NCBI GenBank assembly: GCA_964016885.1
Contig: OZ024751.1
Span: forward strand, 47,802,001 to 47,866,000
Length of the DNA: 64,000 nucleotides
From: Eledone cirrhosa
Taxonomy: Eukaryota
Reading direction: 5' to 3'
A program made the translations under genes and the position numbers. The notes below the pieces were generated by a model. It did not search any database. It was not told the DNA's origin and was given only the letters and a program-made list of their open reading frames with translations. Position 1 is the stretch's first letter; each line of letters starts with the position of its first letter. Shown one piece after another: positions 54,931 to 64,000 of the stretch.

Positions 54931-55382
54931 CGAGTTGGCTTCAAAAGGTTCGTGCAAAAAAGCACAGTTGGAAAATGTTTATTTTTCAACATATGCTCCA
55001 TCTTGGTCAATACATTCTGCAAGCCTTGATACCAGTCTTTAACTCCATCTGGGTAAAGCTGGGAACCATGCAATTTAAACCAAGTCAAAGCAACTTTTTT
55101 TTTACATTTTCAACTGGGGATCATCTTCAACCTCATCTCTTCCACTTCTGAAATGACTTATCGATTCGTAGTCTGTTGATTTCTTTGGGGGCATTGTCCC
55201 CATAAACTTTCTCCAGAGTGTCAATGATTTGGCTGGTCTTCCACCCTAGCTTCACCTTGAATTTGATGTTAGTTCATGTTATGATACGTTAGTACGAGAA
55301 CGTACAGGTGCATTGAGATAAAAATTCCTGCATATGATTTTAAGCTATGTATTTTTTCAACGAAATCTTTGAAGCCCCCTCG
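54931..55382 (-). mobile_element. Internally deleted mariner (Hsmar2/irritans-like), TA target duplication
   Basis: TIRs CGAGTTGGCTTCAAAAGGTTCG / CGAAATCTTTGAAGCCCCCTCG; minus-strand peptides TNIKFKVKLGWKTSQIIDTLEKVYGDNAPK and CIDQDGAYVEK*. Confidence 0.85.
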
Positions 55383-55385
55383 TAT

Positions 55386-55424
<39 letters not shown>

Positions 55425-55639
55425 CACACACATATATATATACACACACACACACACATATATATATATACACACACACATATATATATATACACACACA
55501 CACACATATACATATATACACACACATATAAATACACACACATATATATATACACACACACACATAAATACACACACATATATATACACACACACACATA
55601 AATACACACACATATATATATACACACACACACATAAAT

Positions 55640-55678
<39 letters not shown>

Positions 55679-55778
55679 GTTTCCGTTGAAGAATGAAAAA
55701 GTCATAGGAGTGAAGAGTGCTCTATGTAAGTTACATAGCTAAATATAATGTATAATAAACAAAACAATATAATTACCT

Positions 55779-55840
55779 CATTACCAGAGGTTTCCCGAAT
55801 AAGACGAATACAAGAAACGTCCGCATTCGTTCGTCAGACA
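55779..55840 (-). ncRNA. Hammerhead motif (family J) within fold-back 55743-55925
   Basis: TGT CTGACGA A-CGAAT..GACG..CGTC..ATTCG-G GAAA CC-tct-GG TA ATG. Confidence 0.7.
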
Positions 55841-55919
55841 AGGCGGACGTTTCTTGTATTCGACTTATTCGGGAAACCTCTGGTAATGGGGTAATTATAT
55901 TGTATTGTTTATTATACAT

Positions 55920-55953
<34 letters not shown>

Positions 55954-56270
55954 TACACACACACACATGCAGGTATTTTTATGTATGTTAGGGAATTGGA
56001 TTCGCAATCGTAAGGTTGTGAGTTCGATTCCTGGACCAGGCGATGCGTTATGTCCTTGAGCAAGACACTTTATTTCACGTTGCTTCTTCTACCTGGAGTT
56101 GCAACCGATAGATAGTATTAGCAATTGGAAAGACCAACGGAAACATTGTTCCCTCGGTCCGATTTGACGAAAGTCGATCGTTTAAGAAGAAGAAGAAGAA
56201 GATTACTGGTACTTTATTTTATCGACCCCGTAAGGATGAAAGGCAAAGTCAACCTCGGCGGGATTTGTGA

Positions 56271-56312
<42 letters not shown>

Positions 56313-56506
56313 ATTTGTCGGCTACTATGGAAGTAGTACATGAGCATGTGTCGGATATTACATAATACGTGATTGATTTTATTGATAACCTAATTATTTC
56401 GATGGTTATATAAGACGGGTTAATTAAATGGTGCATTGCAAAGTAAACATTTCTCTCTAACTTCTCTTTTATTAATAAATCAATATTATATGTTCGTGTG
56501 TGACAG

Positions 56507-57032
<526 letters not shown>

Positions 57033-57258
57033 AAGATGTATAATGTTCGTTGAACGGAAGTCATACAGATCAATCAAATCACCCGTTCTTTTCATGTTCG
57101 TACTATTCATGCACATGCATATACATATACACACTTACAGAGAGAGAGAGAGAGAGACAGAGCGAGAGAGAGCGAGAGAAAGAGAGACTGTGAGAGAGAC
57201 TCAGAGAGGGAGAGAGGGGTGAGAGAGAGAGACTGTGAGAGAGATGGAAATATATATA

Positions 57259-57448
57259 CAACCGACGGTTGCCCGAAAAGGTCATAGGCTTACTATGAAG
57301 GAGTGATGCTAGAGCTGTGAAATCTCGCATACATTAATTTCAACTCTTTTTATCAATAATTGCATTGTTTCTTGTTGAAAAATAAACCGCATTTGATCAT
57401 TCCATGAGAGTATCTTGGTCAACCAATGAACGATTTAACCGAGCCTCG
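57259..57448. mobile_element. Possible degenerate mariner-type MITE
   Basis: Ends resemble TA-CGAGG..AAA mariner TIRs; the match is imperfect. Confidence 0.35.
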
Positions 57449-57605
57449 TATTTATATATATACATCTATATAGACATAGATTCACATATAAATATTCATA
57501 AATCCATATGAATTATATATATATATCTGTGTGTACATATGTATATATACGTACATGTGTGTGTATATATATAGGTATATGTGTGTGTGTGTATGTATAT
57601 ACACG

Positions 57606-57637
<32 letters not shown>

Positions 57638-57680
57638 GTTGTATATAGACATACATTCATATAAATATTAATAAATCCAT

Positions 57681-57728
<48 letters not shown>

Positions 57729-58332
57729 TATCTGTGTGTATATATATATATACGTATGTGTGTGTGTGTGTTTATATGTATATATATATATGGGTGTGTG
57801 TGTATTTATATGTATATATATATTAGTATATATATGTGTGTGTGCGTTTGTGTGTATGTGTTTTACTTCAATGTGTATGTGAGTATGCATGTTTGGGTGT
57901 TAAATTTGTGTTAATTCTTACTAAGTCTTGTATTTCAGTCTTCATGTTAATAAAACTATACCCTGTTCTGCCTGGTGTTGTAACTTCTCATTCTATTACT
58001 AATGCCAGCAATGGAATTACCAATAGAAACATGGTTCAATCGTTCCCTATCTGACAATTAGCCAATATATGTAATTTCTAAACTCTCCTTTTCCAACAAC
58101 TCAACTCTGGAACTCTCAATTAACATTGACATACAATAATTGGACTGTAATTAGTTTGTTTGTAGGTCTTCATCAAACTAATAACAATGTAGTCTGTAAA
58201 TATTCAAAATATCTCTCACACACGATCATTCTCTTCTGTGGTTTATAGAGCAAAGAAAAATCTTTTTCATTTGTGCTGTTGTTATTGCTGTTGTTAATTT
58301 TAATTCTCTATTGTCTCCCTTCATAGAACATA

Positions 58333-58528
58333 ATATAATTGCTTCTACTTTTGACACAAGGCCAGCAATTATCCCAGTACATTACTGGTACTTTATTTTA
58401 TCGACCGCGTAAGGAGGAAAGACAAAGTGAACCTCGACGGGATTTGAACTGAGACCATAAAGGGGAGTAACTCTATGATGCAAAGCATGACGTCCGTCCT
58501 TCTACCGATACTGTCAATCCCCCGCTTC
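58333..58528 (-). mobile_element. SINE family A
   Basis: Homology to 3781-3969. Confidence 0.82.
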
Positions 58529-58879
58529 ATATTACATAATCTAAGGAATAAACACTGCAGTAAATGAAATATGTGTTGCGTCTTCTAATTAAGAACCATG
58601 GCCACCAAGAGAAATTTTGCAAGACGGTACAAGACTCCTTTGTGGCTCAAAGCAGGCAAAGATTTTTTCTCAAAATGGCTGTGGCATGGCTGCTGTGAGG
58701 TCTTCCTAGTTCTTGAGCCCCGGAACATTGTACCGACTGGACCCCGCTCTTATAGGTCCTGCTAAGAACCATTTGTTGTTGGTTGTTGTTGCTGATGTTG
58801 TTTAAAGGACTTCAATTCTGAACCAGTCTAGTTTCGATCAAATATATTCCAATCGGATCTAACCTTGTATTCTTTTGTT

Positions 58880-59172
58880 TTCAGACATAGTATAGTTAGG
58901 GTGTCACAGGAAAGAATCGCTGGGCAGATTTTATGGGCAAAACTAACTGATATGAGATCCAAGGGTAAACCTCAAGTGAGATGGTTTGATAACATCAATG
59001 AGCTTGGCTGGTTTCCCTTGGGGATCGAGCCGAATCAATTTGGAGAATGTTACTTCTGACAGGACCCTCTGGAAGGAGTGTTTGAGGACTCTTCCCCTAC
59101 CACCCTTTCGGAAAGAAATAGAAGAAGAAAAAGAAAAAGAAAAGGAAAAAAAAAAGGAAAAGAAGAAGAAGA
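58880..59172 (+). mobile_element. RTE-clade LINE 3' fragment with (GAA)-rich tail
   Basis: RH.VRVSQERIAGQIL...RSKGKPQVRWFDNI...DRTLW matches the RTE C-terminal GHxxR..RxRGRPxxRW pattern. Confidence 0.65.
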
Positions 59173-59706
59173 CAGTTTATCTAATACTACAGTATTCATT
59201 ATTTCTAAATGTGCTAACAAATACCTCAGTAGTATATATTTACTGCCACCACCACCACCACCACCACCACCACCAGCAGCAGCAGCAGTAGTAGTAGTAA
59301 ATTGACGAAACGTACCAATTTTATAATGTTGAAAAATATGAAAGATACTCACTGTTATCTTAGATCCTTCATTAATGAATAGTTTTCATGTATTTCTCAC
59401 ATTATAAATATTATAAACTATACGTATAACTGTCAATTGAAAATGTTAAATTAATAAGAAAAAGCAATAAAGCTATGGATGTATGTATATTATCTCTTTC
59501 TCTGTCCTGGGTATGACATTAAACTACATCCAGTGGCAAGGCTCGAGTTCAGGAGCTGTGGGGAATGTGGAGTTACCCCTTAGTTGTCATAACTCCCAGG
59601 TCTGCTCTGGCCCGGAGTAATAGTACCTGTTAGGGCCCAATTTATAGGTTAAATAATGACCTTATTCGAGTGGTTCTGGTAAGGTATTGTCAGCCATTGA
59701 CAAGTA

Positions 59707-59897
59707 AGGGCGGTGGATTGGCAGTATCGGTGGAGGGTCGGACGCCATGCTTTCCAACATAGTTATGTCCCTTTACGGTCTGAGTTCAAATCCTGCCGAG
59801 GTTGACTTTGCCTTTCATCCTTACGGGGTCGATAAAATAAAGTACCAGTAATGCACTGGGTAATTGCTGGCCTTGTACCTAAAGTAGAAACAATTAT
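59707..59897 (+). mobile_element. SINE family A, full length
   Basis: Complete head, body and tail. ATTATCTCTTTCTCT is duplicated at ~59488 and ~59893, around a larger 59504-59894 insertion. Confidence 0.88.
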
Positions 59898-59899
59898 CT

Positions 59900-60347
59900 C
59901 TTTCTCTTAATTTCGAGTATAATTTTTGACCGGCCACCTTCCGGGTGGCAAGGTTGTAAAAGAAAAGAAATTGTCATCCCTTGAATCGCAAGAATGTTTT
60001 GCAAATGTTGAAGGTGCCAGCTATCGCAGCCATTTGTAGACTATGAATTAGGGAGCTGCGCTCTTTGTCCGCAAATCCAAGTTCAGTCATACTTTGGTCC
60101 AAACGGGTTGGTATATAACCCGTAGCTCCAATAATGATGGGTATGAAGCTAGAGGTGTATCTTGGATACTGGATTTGTAAACTCCTCATCAATGGTCCGC
60201 AGATGTCCTCCTTCTGCTGTATTTTTCTGACAACGTTTACATCAAGTGGGCAGCTGATCTCCACAACAGAACACGTTTTCAATGTGTGGTCCCAAACAAC
60301 AATATCAGGCCGGTTGTGCTTTAATTTGGTGGCAGTTTTTATTTTAT
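59900..60347 (-). mobile_element. R4/Dong-clade non-LTR retrotransposon 3' fragment (restriction-like endonuclease domain, coding 59974-60347)
   Basis: HNRPDIVVWD..VVEISCPLD.N..K..K..PIIIGATG..LQ.AAI.GT..ICK.FL; the 5' junction lies in (CATA)n. Confidence 0.85.
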
Positions 60348-60405
60348 GCGTGTATATGTGTATGTATGTGCGTATGTATGTGCGTATGTATGTATGTATG
60401 TATGT

Positions 60406-61012
60406 CAGGTCACCAGTTGGTGCTACTGGTAACATGTATCCCAGTACAACCTGTCTCATGGTCGAGTCGTTGGCGACTAAACTGGCAACCCCACCAAGGT
60501 TCCTTGGTGAGGAGGGTGACTTTGGACATCCTGCAGGACTAAAAACAAAACCTGTCAAAGGGCAAAGGAGCTCTTAAGAGTCAATGGCCATCCAAAATCA
60601 CCGGGAGAGATGACCCCTTAGCCTTTGTCAAGGCAGAATTCTAGGAGAAGGAAAACTCTGATATAACACCTGCAACCCTGATGGTATCCAATGATGTTGA
60701 CTTGTTCTTCTTTTTGGTAAATATCATCTTGGTTAAGAGAGTGGGACTGGGTTTGTGCAGTGCCTTTGCTCACTATAAAAGCTTCACGGCAGAGGCATTG
60801 CTTTATATCTGGAGATCTCTCTGCACTTGTCGTCACATGGTACCATGGGCCCAGCACTATGTGTCAGTAATTGTCACAAGTATAGTGTTTGTACCAGGGT
60901 TTTTAAGTTGCTGGCTGGACTGAAAAGTCACACTCGTTCAGCGCATCGGTAGGGGTTCTCCTACATGGATATAAAGTAGTGACCGTACTCGAAAACGAGT
61001 TGGCAGCCACCA
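60406..61012 (+). mobile_element. Non-coding repeat containing an RTE-like 5' UTR motif, flanked by (TATG)n
   Basis: TTAGCCTT..AAGGCA..TCTAGGAGAAGGAAAACTCTGA resembles RTE 5' regions (recalled, not searched). Confidence 0.4.
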
Positions 61013-61508
61013 TGTATGTATGTATGTGTGTGTGTGTATGTATGTATTTGTATGTATGTGTTTATAGTATGTAGTTATGTATGTATGTATTTATGTATGT
61101 ATGTATCTATGTGTGTTTGTATGTGTGTGTATGTATGTGTATATGTATTATGTATGTGTGTGTATGTATGTCACACTTCCACAACAACATCAATATGTAT
61201 ATATACCTTTATAGCAAAGTATACACACACGTACCTATTTATGTAGATAGATTGATATATATGGGTGTATGTATATATGTGTATGTATGCATGTGTATGT
61301 ATGCATGTATGTCTATATGTAAGTATGTATGCAAGTGCGTGTATATATAGTTGTTTGTATATATGTATGTTAATATGTATGTATATTTGTACGCATAGGT
61401 GTACATATGTATGTGTGTATATACGCATGTACCAACGGTAACAGCCAACAAGAGGCTATCACTATTCTACAACGACATGAATATGTAATTATACCTATAT
61501 AGCAATGT

Positions 61509-61543
<35 letters not shown>

Positions 61544-61665
61544 AAGCTGATATTGGAACAGAAACACTAATATACACTGCATCTCATTTTATCTCTATCT
61601 CTTTCTCTATATCTATCTATATCACACCTACACACACACACACTCTCTCTCTCACACACACACTA

Positions 61666-61708
<43 letters not shown>

Positions 61709-61804
61709 CACATGCACAGCTGGTAATAGGCTCTATTTCAAATTTCTCATTATGTATTTTAGTAATCAGTGCTAAATACAGATAATTTATCTCTGGGCTA
61801 CCGG

Positions 61805-61907
<103 letters not shown>

Positions 61908-62279
61908 TGGTGATCCAGATGTGTGTGTGTATTTTTGCATGTGTGTGTACGAATACATCATGCAAAGTACTCAATGTTCTTCCATGCAATATATAATTTG
62001 TGTCCGGGCTGTATGTATGTATATATATATATACATATATATATGTATATATATGTGTGTATGTAGGAATATATACTGCACATGATATACATGGTAGAAC
62101 AAACAACAAAATAAAAGAACTAGAACGAGATATACAAAAGGTAAAACTTGTTAACCAAACTTTCATCTTGTTGTCACTAGAAGGAAGGTAGGACTTCTCA
62201 GAACTGTGGTTAACTTACCTGCACGTCGACATACCCCTCCACTTAGATCCGGTCTACACATCCACACAAACAAACAAAC

Positions 62280-62793
62280 ACACACAGGCAAATACACCCT
62301 CTCACACAAACACACAGAAAATACACCCGCTCACACACACACAGACAAATACACCCTCTCACACAAACACACAGAAAATACACCCTCTCACACACAGACA
62401 AATACACCCTCTCACACAGAGACAAATCCACCCTCTCACACAAACACACAGAAAATACACCCGCTCACACACACACAGACAAATACACCCTCTCACACAC
62501 ACAGACTAATACACCCTCTCACACACACACATAGACAAATACACCATCTCACACAAACACACAGACAAATACACCCTCTCACACACAGACAAATACACCC
62601 TCTCTCACACACAGACAAATACACCCTCTCACACACACACATAGACAAATACACCCTCTCACACAAACACACACAGAAAATACACCCTCTCTCTCACCCA
62701 TACAGACAAATTCACCCTCTCTCTCACACACACACAGACAAATACACTCTCTCTCTCACCCACACAGACAAATACATCCTCTCACACAAACAT
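62280..62793. repeat. ~25-32-bp minisatellite (CACAGACAAATACACCCTCTCA)
   Basis: Direct inspection. Confidence 0.92.
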
Positions 62794-62927
62794 TGAGTCA
62801 GTGCCAGCACACCTTTCACTAAAAACTCACATTGAGACTAAAAAGAAATCGAGAGACAAGCAAGCAGATATTTCTCACAGATAAACTGTCAGCCATTTTG
62901 ACAAGTGTGGCTGAAACGAAACCCCAG

Positions 62928-63490
62928 CACGACGACGACCACCACCACCACCACCTCCAACACCACCACCTCTAACACCACCACCTCCAACACCCCCAAC
63001 ACCACAACACCTCCAACACCTCCAACACCAACACCAACTCGACCACCGCAACAACCACCAACACCAAAACATCCAACAACAACACTACCACCAACAACTC
63101 CACCAACTCCACCAATACCACCAAAAACGTCACCATCACCAACAACAACACAATCACATCACCGACAACATCACCACCAACACAACAACATACACCACCA
63201 CCACCAACAACAACAACACAGCCACCATCACACCACAACCACCACCAACAACACCACCACCAACACCACCACCAACACCATCACCACCAACAACACCACC
63301 ACCAACACCACCACCACCACCAACACCACCACCACCACCACCAACACCACCACCACCACCATCAACATAAACACCAACACCAACAAAAACTCCACCACCA
63401 ACAGCAACACCACCACCAACACCACCAACACCATCAACATAAACACCACCACCATCAACATAAACACCACCACTACAACCACCAGCCACT
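62928..63490. repeat. (ACC)/(AAC) low-complexity tract
   Basis: Direct inspection. Confidence 0.92.
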
Positions 63491-64000
63491 CAACCCCTAT
63501 CACTCTCACCTCCATATCGTAACAGCAATCCGTACACTAAAAATATCTCAACAAAACACGAAACATATCTAAATGCCCTCTTATGACAAATGCTGAATTT
63601 TGAATCACGCGTTAAAGTTAACATATTGTGTTGTAGCTAAAACAATGGACGTCATTCTTAGAAAACTCCTGGCAGCGACACATTTTCTAGCGTTCGTTCA
63701 TTTTGTTTTTTCTTCTTGTTTCTGTTGTTGTTGCTGGTGGTGTTGTTGTTGTTGTTGTTGTTGCTGCTGTTGTTGGTGTTGTTGTTGCTGCTGCTGGTGT
63801 TGTTGTTGCTGCTGCTGTTGTTGTTGTTGTTGTTGCTGTTGTTGTTGCTGTTGGTGTTGTTGGTGTTGGTGTTGTTGTTGGTGTTGTTGTTGTTTTACTT
63901 CAATTGTAAAAGCAAAGTTTAATATATGATGGAGTTCTGAGTCACAGAGAGTTGGTTAACGTATTGTGTCCTACTTTGAGGATGTCATGTTGTTGTTTAA

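Noticed and set aside
62905-63522. Thr/Pro-rich mucin-like ORF
   Set aside because: Degenerate (ACC)/(AAC) repeat with no signal peptide or convincing exon structure.

Overview
Repeat-saturated, AT-rich eukaryotic DNA, probably intronic or intergenic. The SINE, LINE and microsatellite content suggests an octopus or other coleoid cephalopod (inference). No host gene is confidently seen, and almost all long ORFs outside 8-26 kb are microsatellite artefacts. Main contents: (1) a ~15-kb head-to-tail stack of five Tx1-clade L1 retrotransposons (two full length), all on the minus strand inside one (GATA)n array. In both full-length copies ORF2 is bracketed by a perfect splice donor (AG|GTAAGT) at the end of ORF1 and a TAG|G acceptor-like site coinciding with the ORF2 stop codon, and splicing would end ORF1 at the same AAG-TGA in both despite different intron phases. 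(2) A 5'-truncated Penelope-like element (RT + GIY-YIG) with an inverted pLTR. (3) About a dozen different short, often fold-back inserts in (TA)n, carrying minimal type I hammerhead ribozyme motifs and a shared TGAGT(A/G)C subterminal motif. (4) R4/Dong 3' fragments in (CATA)n, many tRNA-derived SINEs, two non-autonomous Helitrons, an Hsmar2-like mariner derivative and a TTAA MITE containing a 37-bp minisatellite. All structures were read by eye; no searches or folding programs were run.
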